Source: Hormiphora californensis (taxonomy: Eukaryota; Animalia; Ctenophora). From it: DNA of 64,000 nt. The DNA lies in contig CM035353.1 in assembly GCA_020137815.1 (NCBI GenBank), positions 1,488,001-1,552,000 on the forward strand, read 5' to 3'. The notes under the pieces were generated by a model. It saw only the letters and a program-made list of their open reading frames with translations. It was not told the origin of the DNA and searched no databases. How positions within the stretch are numbered: position 1 is the first letter of the stretch; every line of letters begins with the position of its first letter. Made by a program: the position numbers and the translations under genes. Shown here in pieces: positions 1-12,111 of this stretch.

Positions 1-51
1 CTACATTATATATGGAACTAGGGTGCGAGATGTTTTTTGTTTTAAATAGCT

Positions 52-99
<48 letters not shown>

Positions 100-103
100 C
101 CAG

Positions 104-259
104 CTTGGTATTTCCATCTGACAGATCTAATGATGATTCCCCTCTCTACAGTGGTGGTAGTGGTTCAAGTGGTTACATACCAAAGGATGGAAGTAGCAGT
201 AGTGGTTCTGGAGATGGCAAGGGAAGCTATAACAATGGAGATATGAACAGCGACACAAG
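104..259 (+). CDS. Probable internal exon (Gly/Ser-rich) of a + strand gene entering from the left of the window
   Basis: (CT)n pyrimidine tract + CAG acceptor at 101-103; open frame LVFPSDRSNDDSPLYSGGSGSSGYIPKDGSSSSGSGDGKGSYNNGDMNSDT; AG|GTAGG donor at 260. No recognisable domain. Confidence 0.5.
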
Positions 260-275
260 GTAGGAATTGGGAAAT

Positions 276-308
<33 letters not shown>

Positions 309-527
309 GGGGGTGGGGGGTGGTTGGGAACTGGTGGGGATTAGAAAACCATGGGGTGATATCAATACTAAATGAGAGATGAGCTAATATGAAATGATCT
401 TATGATGAAAGATGTCCAATATGTTACATATTAATGACTGGGCAACATAGCTTCCTCGGTATGGTATCTGCAATCTTCATATTATATTGTATTACATATT
501 GTGATTGGATTAGTCCAACTGTTTGTT

Positions 528-627
528 CGTAAAACTCGAGATGTAACCCTGGCCAGTGTACCCCAGACCTATTCTGATCAGAACGGGTCTGGGGTACGCT
601 GACCAGGGTTACATCTCGAGTTTTACG
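528..627. mobile_element. ~100-bp palindromic (foldback) MITE-like element
   Basis: CGTAAAACTCGAGATGTAACCCTGG...CCAGGGTTACATCTCGAGTTTTACG; the arms pair almost to the centre. Confidence 0.65.
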
Positions 628-873
628 ACGGAATCCCCTAGTGCAGTCAGCTTAGGCCGGAGCATTTTTCATCCGAGGTTGAACTTTCTTCAGGCACGGG
701 GTGAGTTGCAGGACTTCAAAGAAATGTCTTCTGATATTGGTACAATTGTTCCTTTCCTTCTTTCCACAGGTCCTCTTCACTCTCCAAAAATTTTGGACCA
801 AAAATATTACAAAACGTTGCCCACTGAGATCTTTAAAATGTACAATTCCAACACATGCCACTGTATTGAACTG

Positions 874-957
874 CAGTCGGACCTCGATTTACCGGGATGC
901 TCGGGGGAAAGGGTTTTACCTGGTAAATCTGAGTTCCGGTAAATCGGCATCCGACTG
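874..957. mobile_element. Tc1/mariner-type MITE, family A (TIR CAGTCGGACCCCGATTT), degenerate copy
   Basis: CAGTCGGACCTCGATTTACC...GGTAAATCGGCATCCGACTG|TA; same family as 8361, 13208, 14349 (partial), 26212-26270 (partial), 28838, 33536 and 41302. Confidence 0.65.
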
Positions 958-1475
958 TATTAGTTCAGCCAGCTCTGTGGTTATTGTGTGTGTGTGTGTG
1001 ACCCCTACCGTGATTGATCTCTTCTGAGTCACGTGACACCATCGCGTTGTTTTGATTGGTGGACCTCCTGTCACATGACACCATCCTGTTGTTTTGATTG
1101 GTGGACCTCCTAATTAGAAACCAATACGACCCCCACTGCTACACACGAATCATCAATAAAACATCATATATCCGCGACACGTTTAAGATTAGCCCCCCCC
1201 CCCCAAAAGGAAAATATATGCTTTTTTGTGCCTATAATGACAAATAAATGAAAGATCAGCCCGGTGTCAATTGCATGAAAAACGGACGGACGGACTTTAA
1301 ATAGAAAACACGAATTATTTTGGAAATAATTTTACCGTAGCTTTCAAGTTTCAAATTGGGTATTCTTCGTTAGCGGACCTGTCGGACACCCGTTATACAC
1401 GTCAACTTTATAGACTACAACAGGAAGGGTGTTTCAATGGACCTTGCAGGTAATGGGGATCCCTTCCTGGTTGAT

Positions 1476-1477
<2 letters not shown>

Positions 1478-1550
<73 letters not shown>

Positions 1551-1920
1551 TCGACGAGAGAGATAGAGAGAGAGAGAGAGTCGAGAGAGCCTCATGCGTC
1601 GCGTCCGTCTCGCGATGCTCTCTCTACTCTCGCCTACTCGCGCCCCGTCATCCTCGATCCGACGCAGCTCTCCTCTCGCCTCTCGTCCTGCTCTCCGCTC
1701 TCTCTCTCTCTCTCTCGCTACGCCCCGCTACTTCCCTCGCTCTTCCGGGGGCTCGCTTGCAGCCCATCTTTGTGTTGCTCTCCTCTCTGCGCTCCGCTCT
1801 CTGAGCTGCGGCTCTCTCGTGCGACTACTCGTCTCTCTTTCTCTCTCGCGCTTTCCCGCTCTCCCCTCCGCGACGCGTCTCGGCTACTCTCTCTCGCCTC
1901 TCCGCTCCTCCCGCTCTCAG
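1478..1920. repeat. (GA)n microsatellite followed by degenerate (CT)-rich tract
   Basis: Pure GA run ~1478-1580, then an interrupted CT/CG-rich tract to ~1920. Confidence 0.85.
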
Positions 1921-2217
1921 AGCGGCGCAGCGCGAGCTCAGACGAGAAGTGGGTGCTTTTGCGGCGGCGAAATCGCAGGGCGTTGTCCTCTTACCAGGTG
2001 CCTTTCGATCAATGTAACGTGTAATAAAACTATATACCCCATCTAGCCCCCAATACTTGAGATACACGAATTGAATTACAGGATTATTTCTGCCTGTAAT
2101 TACGCAGTTATACCCACGAACAGAGCTGTACTGCACAGTATATTACACATGAGGTACTTGCGTAGGTTTATGAATATTTAAAAAGTTCATACACAATACA
2201 CTCAATATGTTAAAACA

Positions 2218-4615
2218 TCAGTTACTCTCTAAAATCCAGACAGGTCGCTCAACATTCCACGTTTGTCCGTCTGTCTGTCCACACACCCTCAACCCTAACC
2301 CGGGGTAAATCTGACCCCTCCGCTGGGGGAGGACTGTCACGCATCTATCCACGTTTACAAGTAATATCCCATCCGCAGAGTCCTGTAATACCCATTCCTG
2401 GGTGGGCTGCCCTGAGGTGCACTTCCTAACTCCAATGCTGTCTTGCTGGGGATCTGCAGTCCAGCACCATCCATCATGAGTTAGAATTCTCCCATTCTTT
2501 GTTATCCTGATATACTGACTATCTAGTACAGTTGCCCTCTCACCGTGGCATGAAAATAACAGTACCGACCTCTCTGATGTGTCTTTGTACGCCTCCATAA
2601 ATGACGAATCAATACAAAGATCATAGTTGTTGGAGCTGTGAAATGTTCCGAGTTCCGTATTTGTCTCAAAGTTATTCATTGATAACAAGGAACCTCCGTT
2701 AAATATGTATCGACTATACCAAGAAAAAGGACGGCAGGATGAACTATCAAAACGTTTCCTTATCACATCACTTATCGCAGCTATCTCACTCTCATTCCTA
2801 GATACCATCTGAGCTAGTGCCCGTTTAGTATTGTCATCGCCCTCAAAATTGATGGCTTCTGCCATTGCTTCCTTGATGAGGTTCTGAAACATTTCCTGAT
2901 CGTTTTGGAGGTACCTATCTAGCCAGGGATCATTGCCATTGAAGTGTAGTACCTGGCTGCAACATGACATCTTCACCCCGCCCCCGCATAACCAGGCTCG
3001 TAGTGCCATTCTGCTGTTCTCAACTCCCCAACTATGACCTAGGTAGAAGTAGTGGTTTACAATGATGTTATTTAATCCTTTTCTGTTTAGATCATGGCAG
3101 TGTTTAGTAAGCGTAGCGAATTAGTTGTAATCAATGAGGAGGGAGGGCGGTCCGCGGTATATTATAGTGCACGACTCTAGGTTCTCACTCTAGGTCCTGA
3201 GCTTTAGATATATACCTAGAATGCTGTTAGGGAAGATACGTTTGAGGAAAGTTGTTTCAGCCAGTAAAGCCCCGCCAGCTAGTCCAGCGGAGGAGTAGGG
3301 TAACACCTCATCGAGATCTCCCTGGTATCCCAGGAACAGAAGGGTACCTCCATCAGGAACAACTGTGTACCTACGTAGCACCCGTGGCGGTAATTTGAGG
3401 AATACACGTCATACCAATATGAAAGGGTAGGCACTGTTGTAAGGATTTCTAACATCACTCCTTACTAAGGAATCCCAGCTCTATACCTGTTAGTAAAAGC
3501 AGTTGGGTTATCCCTCTCCTGTAGCATGTTAATACATGGAACTGCGATGGCCTGTGGCCATCGGACTACTACGTCTAGTAGGGGCTGTAACCAGAGGGGA
3601 GTGACTAACATATGCGAGTCAAGTATAACTGTATAGTCTCCTGTAGCCAAGTCTACTCCTGAAATGTGGAATGTGGAATACGATACCAAGTCATTTGAGT
3701 TGAACGACTTTCTTCCGTAATAACTAAACAGTAAAAGCAAGCGATATTGGTTGTTCGGGCAGAAGAGACTTATCTGCACCTTAGATAATGTTACATCTGT
3801 GTACCTGTCTGTCGGGCATCAGTTATACCGAGGGGTATTTCGGAGCGATACTGCCGGATCCGTACACGATGCATCTCTGCAAAGAGATCAATTTCCCTGC
3901 TTAGGCATCCCGTTGCTGACATTGGCGTATCTCCCTGATCATATTCCTCCTCAGCACAGAGTTCCTATGAAACATATTATGTCAACAAGAATATATCTGG
4001 GTCGTTGTTTCTTCAAAGAAGTCAGGAAATTTTACTGCTATTATACCTGGTGAAGATCCGAGTAGTCATCAACGAGGACTATCTCGTGTAGCAGGTGAGA
4101 GGGGCTGTGATGGACGAGATGAGTCAGTGTCCGGAGAAGGAGATATGGGAGCTCATTCCGGTATGAAATTACCACAGAAACCTTACCAATAGTAGCTTCC
4201 CCGTGCAAGTGTACTAAACAACGCTCTTGGAATGTGTCAACTGTTAGACTGGTTGAAATGGAAGTTTTACTCCTTGTTGTAAATGAAATTCTGTCTTACC
4301 ATTAAACAGAGGAGGTTGATCTTGGCTGAGCAGATCTTTCGATGTCTCTAGAACCACACTCCGATGATAGAACTTATCAAGCTCCCTGGTGTATATCCCA
4401 TACCCCGCAACTTGACGTCTGTAGCGGTACTGCGTTGCAACGCGATACTTCACCGATCTGACAGTTTCCTTGCCGCCAAAAGTCAGGGGCTTGATTGAAA
4501 CCGATAGTACTGCGTTGGTGGCGATGGTTCGGCAGAGATAGAAGGATGTGGAGAGGATAAACACAGTTGTAATAATGAACGCAGGGAGAATACACAGTAA
4601 CGATGGTCTCATCAT
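2218..4615 (-). CDS. Polypeptide N-acetylgalactosaminyltransferase (GT27, GALNT-like), divergent, ~605 aa, 6 exons
   Basis: Exons 4615-4300, 4240-4047, 3964-3805, 3658-3487, 3370-3216, 3038-2218 join by GT-AG introns (59-177 nt) in frame, total 1818 nt. N-terminal TM anchor; SVVISYRNELPYLLLRTL...LLHEIVLVDDYS; DxH motif (VILDSH); AGLAGG; WGVEN-x-RAWLCGG-x-CCSQVLH; C-terminal ricin-B lectin repeats (LCID, QEW, QTW). Confidence 0.9.
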
Positions 4616-4824
4616 TTCAAGTGAGCACTGGGTAACAAAATGATGAGTGGCAAGGTATCATGATAGCAGGTATATCATTTGTACACACATTAACAACACA
4701 AAAAGTAGTTGGGTGAATTTAATCACCACAAGATAGGTATAAAAATCATATTGTTAACATTACAACCCCCTATTGCACATATGTCTAGAGGCACGAATGT
4801 TCTATACGTTTGACTTATTCGATG

Positions 4825-5435
4825 GTCCTATGTAAGGCTTAATGAATTTTAAACGTTCATACACACTACCACCTCCCGAAGCATCAGTTACTCTCTAAAA
4901 TCCAGACAGCCGCTCAACATTCCACGTTTTTCCGTCTGTCTGTCCACACAAACCCTCAAACCCCCTCAACCCTAACCCGGGGTAAATCTGACCCCTCCGC
5001 TGGGGGAGGACTGTCACGCATCTATCCACGTTACAAGTAATATCCCATCCGCAGAGTCCTGTAATACCCATTCCTGGGTGGGTGCCCTGAGGTGCACTTC
5101 TAACTCCAATGCTGTCTTCTGGGGATCTGCAGTCCAGCACCATCCATCATGGTTAGAATTCTCCCATTCTTTGTTATCCTGATATACTGACTATTAGTAC
5201 AGTTGCCCTCTCACCGTGGCATGAAAATAACAGTACCGACCTCTCTGATGTGTCTTTTACTGCCTCCATAAATGACGAATCAATACAAAGATCATAGTTG
5301 TTGGCGCGTGAAATGTTCCGAGTTCCGTATTTTGTCTCAAAGTTATTCATTGATAACAAGGAACCTCCGTTAAATATGTATACGACTATACCAAGAAAAA
5401 AGGACGGCAGGATGAACTATCCAAAACGTTTCCTT
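4825..5435 (-). pseudogene. Frameshifted partial duplicate of the GalNAc-T last exon (ricin domain) and 3' UTR
   Basis: Near-identical to ~2160-2760 with several 1-bp indels; truncated at ~5435, no upstream exons. Confidence 0.75.
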
Positions 5436-5472
5436 AGAAACAGCACTTATTTAATATTACATGATTCGAAAA

Positions 5473-5565
5473 CTCACGTGTCACTCACGTGTCACTCACA
5501 TGTCACTCACGTGTCACTCACGTGTCACTCACGTGTCACTCACGTGTCACTCACGTGTCACTCAC
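5473..5565. repeat. 11-bp tandem repeat (ACTCACGTGTC) x ~8
   Basis: Read directly; nearly every unit carries CACGTG. Confidence 0.9.
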
Positions 5566-5773
5566 TCTCACTAGCTTTGGCTCATAGAACCTAATCAGAT
5601 CACATTTCTATGAGCCATAGTTGTATGCATCTATGGCTCATAAAATCTATGAGCCATAGTTGCATGAGCCATAGTTGTAGGTCACCGTTTGTATAACTGA
5701 CACCAGTTTTGGGTTGGTTTAGGATACTATAATAAATAATACTATAATTATACTAATTAATATATTTGTACAG

Positions 5774-8700
5774 ATTCAGGTACGCAGGTACCCTTTGAGG
5801 CGGTATCAACTAGGTCACATGATGGTGATCCGGATCATGTGGCGTTCAAGATGATCAATGGGGTGGTAACTGACCCTGCAGATTACTTTCACTCCGCCGT
5901 GGATATGGAACCAGAATGGGCAACGTTTACATTTGCTGAACCAACAAGGTTTATCAGTACTGTTGCTGTCATCAACAGGTATGATCATGCAATGTAATTA
6001 TTCTATTGGATTATACATACAATGGATGTGGCACTCCAGTGCAGTAGGTGTCTTTTTACCGTATATTTCAGACTGAATCAGTAGTTTCATTACCGTTTTC
6101 TCACTCTCAGTGGAGAATTCATGTTGTAACTAAACCTAAATTTAGCAATTTTTATTTGCAGGTGGACTGATTGGAGCACTGTTAGTGATCGTATCACAGG
6201 CACGCAGGTTTATCTTATTGGTGTCTACGCCAACATATCCTGTGGGGTAATCCGCTTTACGAGTGATTCATGTACCCGTCTAGAACAACGTACCTCTTAT
6301 GTCTCATGCCCTGTGTCAAATGAGCCTGTTGTCGCTGTGTATCTCTATGATGACACACCAGAAGCAAAATACGACAATGGAAAGGTATGTCGAGCTGTTA
6401 TACGTGATTTATAAAATTAGTTTTTGTCATTCCATTTCCATAATATCTAAACCCTTTTAGATCATAATGAACATCGCAGAAGTCATTGCATATCAGTCAG
6501 ATGAATACGGTTCACAAGGTAACTTTATTTTTTGTAACCTTATTGGCATACCAATGCTTCATCCTCTTTTTGTTGCTAGTGGATGTTATTCGGCCTTCGG
6601 CGCGAATTCCATACTTAACGGGTGACAACTAAAAATTGTCCCTAATTTAAAACGGCTGTATAAATTTTCTCTTTTGAGATACAGCTTCAGGTCAGTGATA
6701 GAACGATTTTTCAGACAATTTTGAATCGGAATAACATACCGGCAAAGTCAAAAAAGTTCATTTTCATTGCGATATCGCATCATTTCCTCTTGTCCCTCCA
6801 AAGCATGTAGTACGGAGATTTGAAATTTCTATGTTATCAGAAACGACCTTCCCGATGAGATAGAATTCTCAAAATTGGAAGTCTGGTTGTTGATACCATA
6901 ACCAACATAACTGCCAAGTTTAAAAATTTCAGCTCATTAGGAAGTTGGTTTTCCACGTCATTAATGTTTCAAGAGATTGTCGAAATGGCGATTTCTCAAA
7001 TTACCTGTAAACTACGCTTCATTACAGAAGATTCTGATCAGGAAATTGATATTTACGAAGTTTGAAACAAAGTTAATTTCGTTCAAAATTGTCTGAAAAA
7101 TCATTATATCACTATCCCGAAGCTGTATCTCAAACAGAACAGGCGCTAGAGGTGCTAGAAGATTGTGTAGATTTCACGTACTTCATGCTTTGGTGGGGCA
7201 AGAGGAAATGATGCGATATCGCAATGAAAATGAACTTTTTAGTCTTCGCCGTTATGTTACTCCGATTTAAAATTGTCTGAAAAATCGTTCTATCACTGGC
7301 CCGAAGCTGTATCTCAAAAGGGAAAATTTCTACAGCCGTTTTAAATTAGGGACAATTTTTAGTTGTCACCCGTTACAGTGCTGCTTGTAGTGAGAATACG
7401 GTGTCTGAATAATACGGTATTTTACCATTACGGTTTCTGAAATACATATGTATTTGAAATACATATATATTTCGGTGTCACGTGTTGTCAATCTGGCGCT
7501 CTGATTGGTCTCGTCTTACCGTTTTTCACTAATACCGTGTTGAACCGATACTGTATTCTCACTACAAGCACCCATGTTAGAAAAAGTCAGTGTTTTGAGC
7601 CACCCCCCCCCCCCCACCCCTGCTGTAGTCTGTACGAATATCAAGGGGGGTCCCGCCACCCCTGTTTGCCACATATAATAACCTATCTATTCTATCCTTA
7701 GAGTTAGACATTAAAGAGGGTATATGGAATGAAGGTGTCTCTGAACAATACCCAAAGTCTATCTTCTCGCCATCCCGCCTTCTAACTATCCAAAGGGGAG
7801 ACCTTATAAAGTAGGTGTGATTGCAAGCTTCTTAAGTTCATTAGGTCCGCGGCAGCTGTATACTCCTGTCAGCTGCTGATGCTCTGATCAGAGTAATTAG
7901 CTGATGTGTTTCATTTTGCAGTCAGTATGTCAAGGGTTTCCATGGCATTGAGAATGCCTTTGACGGGGATCTGAGTACTTACGCAGTGTCTACCAACGAG
8001 GGGAGTTTCAGATTCACTTTGGCAGATAAATTCGTTGCCGTCTGGGCCGTATGCATCGAATTTGAGTGAGCAGTTTAATTTTTAATTTATACCTTCATTT
8101 CTGATAGTAGAGAGGAAGGTTTTTAATTACTACAAATACTAATTACTTACTGACGTGTATTTTGCAAAATTGTGTAGGCCCTGGTCTGTGGAGCTAAAGC
8201 GATTTCTAAATTCGCTGATTTTCGTGTATTCTGAACTGGAAGGAACACCTGGACATATATGCAACCTCATACAAATGGTCAGTATATTATACACGTATAT
8301 GTAAATTAATGGAACAACTATACATATATAGGTGGTTAATGGTTATAATAGTATTATATACAGTCGGACCCCGATTTCACGGCACCCTCGGAGGAAAGGA
8401 TTTTGTCCGTTAAATCGGGGTGTCCGCTAAATCGGGGTCAAATAATGTTAATTTCCCATATCGGGGGAAGATTATGCTGCCGTTAAATCGGGGCGCCGTT
8501 AAATCGGGGGCCGTTAAATCGGGGTCCGACTGTATTATAATGTATAGCTTGATTTAGTTGGGATTCCCTGCAGAGTGAAGGAACGTCCGTTTACTACATC
8601 TTCTGTGAGGAAAGAATGCGTGATTGGTACCATGAAACGATGACTGTGGTGGTAGAATTTATGGACATCCACTCTTCAATGACACCCGCCATTCGAGAAT

Positions 8701-9093
8701 TCCGGGCCTTTGGGTACACAAATGCTGGCAGACCTCTCTCCAATGAGAATAATGATAGTGAAATCCATCCAGCTCCTTCCCCCAATGGTATAGTGCAGTA
8801 TTGCAATACTAGTAATAGTACCAGCTACATAGCCAGCACTATAATAATATCGTTATCTCAGCTGCCAATTATAGTCTGAACAGGCCGCGTGTTCAACACG
8901 CGGTTCCCACGCGAAATGAGAATAGGGCCAATATGCTTTGACAGATATAATTTACTTTTTAGATAATAAAAAGGTGGTTGGAAGTACAATTGGGTTATCC
9001 GTTGGTTATCTGGAGTTCCGGTATTCACAAAACTTCGATCTCCTCTCTGTCAAGTCCCCTGCTGATATGGACCCTCTGCGTGAGGATAACTAG
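5774..9093 (+). CDS. Protein with two galactose-binding-like domains (F-type lectin / F5-8 type C fold); 5' end not located
   Basis: Phase-compatible GT-AG exons 5774-5978, 6162-6384, 6461-6518, 7702-7810, 7922-8065, 8178-8277, 8574-8787, 8963-9093 (last exon uncertain). Domain 1: KMINGV...YFHS...PEW...ISTVAVINR|W...DR...CG...IMNIAEVIAY. Domain 2: ENAFDGDLSTY...PAIREFRAFGY. Confidence 0.75.
6618..7373. mobile_element. Non-autonomous DNA transposon, ~180-bp TIRs, TA flanks (Tc1/mariner-like), intronic
   Basis: TA|ACGGGTGACAACTAAAAATTGTCCCTAATTTAAAACGGCTGTA ... TACAGCCGTTTTAAATTAGGGACAATTTTTAGTTGTCACCCGT|TA. Confidence 0.85.
7376..7571. mobile_element. MITE with TIR GCTTGTAGTGAGAATAC
   Basis: GCTTGTAGTGAGAATACGG ... 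CTGTATTCTCACTACAAGC; a related terminus occurs at ~28270-28293. Confidence 0.55.
8361..8532. mobile_element. Family A MITE (TA TSD)
   Basis: TA|CAGTCGGACCCCGATTT ... AAATCGGGGTCCGACTG|TA with internal CCGTTAAATCGGGG subrepeats. Confidence 0.85.
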
Positions 9094-9102
9094 GGACGAT
9101 AT

Positions 9103-9165
9103 CAGGTCACGTGACTGGTTATTAGCCAATCAGGGACCAGTATTTCTTGATTCGGTCGGTTCCTG
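9103..9165. mobile_element. 63-bp deletion derivative of hAT-type MITE family B
   Basis: CAGGTCACGTGAC...TTCGGTCGGTTCCTG with 8-bp flanks GACGATAT/GAAGATAT (1 mismatch). Confidence 0.7.
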
Positions 9166-9509
9166 GAAGATATAGTGCAGTGATGACCCATTCTACTTGT
9201 TATATAGGTGTCCACCTAACTCCGAGCCCACGTGTGACACGTGTGTAAATGCAGCGAACTCCTTACCTTTACTTTCATAATACTATATAACTAATAAATT
9301 AGTTAATATTGTATAAATATCATTAGCAAGACTGTGTAAAGTAGAACTGTATGATCCGAATTAAATAAATGTATTATAGCGGTAAAAGGAGCTAGAATTC
9401 ATTTAAGGTGGGGGCTGCAGGGGGCAAGACACAAAAGCCAGATTTCAGGGCGGGTTTGGGTTTTTTGGCTTTTTTGGGCCCTAAATTATAAAGGTAAAAA
9501 TTTTCGGGG

Positions 9510-9640
9510 AAAAGCCAAAAAAGCCAGATCAAAAAGCCAGATCAAAAAAGCCAAAAAATACCAGATCAAAAAAAGCCAAAAAAGCCAGATCAAAAAAGCC
9601 AAAAAAGCCAGATCAAAAAGCCAGATCAAAAAAGTTAGAT
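9510..9640. repeat. Tandem AAAAGCC(AGATC) subrepeats
   Basis: Repeated aaaaagccagatc / aaaaagcc units. Confidence 0.8.
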
Positions 9641-9828
9641 CAATCCCAGATTTCAGGCGGGGTAGGTTTGGATTTTTTGGCCTACCCCGGACCCCCCCCC
9701 CCTTGAATAGTGTTCATGTGTTTATAATTATTCGGTACTACCCGCATCCTTCATACTAATAATATGAAGGATGCGGGTAGTACCTCGAATAATTATAAAC
9801 ACATGAACACAGACAAGAGAACACAAAC

Positions 9829-9910
9829 TGTGTCTGTGTCTGTGTCTGTGTCTGTGTCTGTGTCTGTGTCTGTGTCTGTGTCTGTGTCTGTGTCTGTGTC
9901 TGTGTCTGTG
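9829..9910. repeat. (TGTGTC)n hexanucleotide microsatellite
   Basis: Read directly. Confidence 0.95.
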
Positions 9911-10457
9911 CCATCGGCATGTAGGGCATTTGACCCCTATTTTCTGCCCTCCCTGCCGAATACTCATTACTCACTCCAAAAGAGTTTTCGGCAGGGATGG
10001 CATTTACCCCTCCTTTTCACCCTCTGTACCGACGATCGGCAGGGAGGGTATTTTACCCCTCCTTTTACCCTCTGTACCGACGATCGGTAGGGAAGGCGTT
10101 TCACTCCTTCTGTTGTGAGCTCGAGAATTTAGCTGACAGGCCAAATACGAAGAGTTCACTGTGTACTGTTCCTCGTTAGGGTTAGGCCTTAGGGCGGTGG
10201 TTATGGTGGTGATTAGGTTGGTGGTTAGGGTGATGGTTTGGGCTAAGTTTGGGTTATGGTTTCGTCGGTATACAGAGGCCAGAGGGTGAAAAGGAGGGGT
10301 CAAATTCCCTCCCTGCCGATCGTCGGTAGAGCGGCTGGAAAGGAGGGGTGAATGCCCTCCCTGCCCACGGCCCTCCCTACCGATCGATAGGGAGGGCATT
10401 CGGCAGGGAGGGCAGGAAATAGGGGTCAAATGTCCTACATGTAGTACATGCCGACGG
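9911..10457. mobile_element. TIR element with degenerate TTAGGG-like core
   Basis: CGGCATGTAGGGCATTTGACCCCTATTT...AAATAGGGGTCAAATGTCCTACATG...ATGCCG; internal ACCGACGATCGG(C/T)AGGGA subrepeats in both orientations; a further terminus at ~10476-10545. Confidence 0.7.
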
Positions 10458-12111
10458 TGATCTCATCCCAATTTCGTCGGCATGTAGGGCATTAGACCCC
10501 TATATCCCGCCCTTCCTGCCGACCCGTCGGCAGGGCCGGGAGGGAGTGACTCGTCGCTGTCCCTCTCACTCTCTCCCACTCTCTGTACGTGTCTCTCAAG
10601 GCAGCAGTCCTGGTGTGAGAGCTGACAGACGAGGAACATGTCAATGTACATTACCATACTGCGAATTCTCATTTCTCATCCTGAACACAATTCAGTCTGT
10701 TACCATTATTAGTCTGGTACCATGGCGTATTAACTACGCCTATTATACACAGTCTGAATACGTGTCTTTACGCTTTAGTGCGCAGTTACGACGTCGTTAG
10801 TACGTCCAGACCCAGATTTGTTATTTTCTAACCCTCCTTTACATTTGTAAACACAGTCTAGCTAGGCAAACCCTGATCGGTATAATGCCTTTCCGAATTC
10901 CGATGTGACCGAGATGCTGCAGCACATACATGCTGCAATGTTTATAGCGCAGTTGCGCGCGATGTTCTACAAAAAGATACCGGCGCGTTACAACTAGTCC
11001 AGCACAACAGATCCAGTACAGCTGCAGTGATCCCAATTCCCGATCACTTCAATTTCCACCTCCATGCTTTCCCATTTATAATAGTTGTCTGTCACTCAGT
11101 TATATATAGCTATTAGCTACCACGCACAAGTGATGGTTTCTGGTAATACTCGAGTTCGTTTAAAACTTCACCAGGCCGTGCCAGAGATAAAATATGACAA
11201 ATCTATACAAGCTATTCAACATTGAGGAATGGGATTTTGATAATCACAATTACATCGTCCATCATAAGCTTATAATTCTACATAAGTATTATAATAATAG
11301 GGTCGAATCACAAGAAAATATGTTCTTCGTTAGCGATACAGAGTGATGACATACACAAAGATACTAGATTAATACATTTATTTACATATTCGGGCAGTTA
11401 TCGTAATCAATGTATGGTAATGTAAAATATGAGCCGGCGAAATGGAATTAAAAAATTAAAATAATTGCTACACTGATTCATAATGTTTTTCACTAGCAGG
11501 TTCGCGTTCTTCGGAGCCCTGATATAGCTTATATAAAGAAACTTTATTGCGATGAAATTGTGACATGATCCTGATACCATTTTTAGGCGCCTGTAAATAG
11601 TCCGTCACCGTTCAAATTGGGTCATTATAAACTTAAAACTTAGTCTTGGGGTTCTCAAATTTTCCGTACTAAAAGATCCTGTAAAAATCTCTATCAGGCA
11701 TCTTCACATGGCGATCAGGAAGGACCAAGCGAAAATCATTATGAATCACTCAAATAATACAGTCGGAATGTACTGTAGTGGGCTCTAAATGACGGGAATA
11801 ATTTTATGAGCAAATAAACACACCCATCTATCGTTATGTTATAACCCTTCTCTGGGCACGGAGAGGGCCGAACAAGCTAACCCATAATGTGTGTGTGTGC
11901 CGATCTAGTATTAGTGTTCACTAAATTAGTATCTTAACTGGGACTAGCTACATAAATAATATCGAAAAAGTTGTCTATATATTATATACTATTCCGTCTC
12001 TATCTCTATAATCGTCTATTGAGAAACGTCTCTACCCGGCCATTCTCGATGAAAAGTGATTCCAGCACTTCATGATGATATAGGGTAGGAAGATAGAAAA
12101 AAGAACTGCCT

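Noticed and set aside
2218-4615. GALNT as a fragmented pseudogene (as the ORF track suggests)
   Set aside because: Five GT-AG introns restore one open 1818-nt frame.
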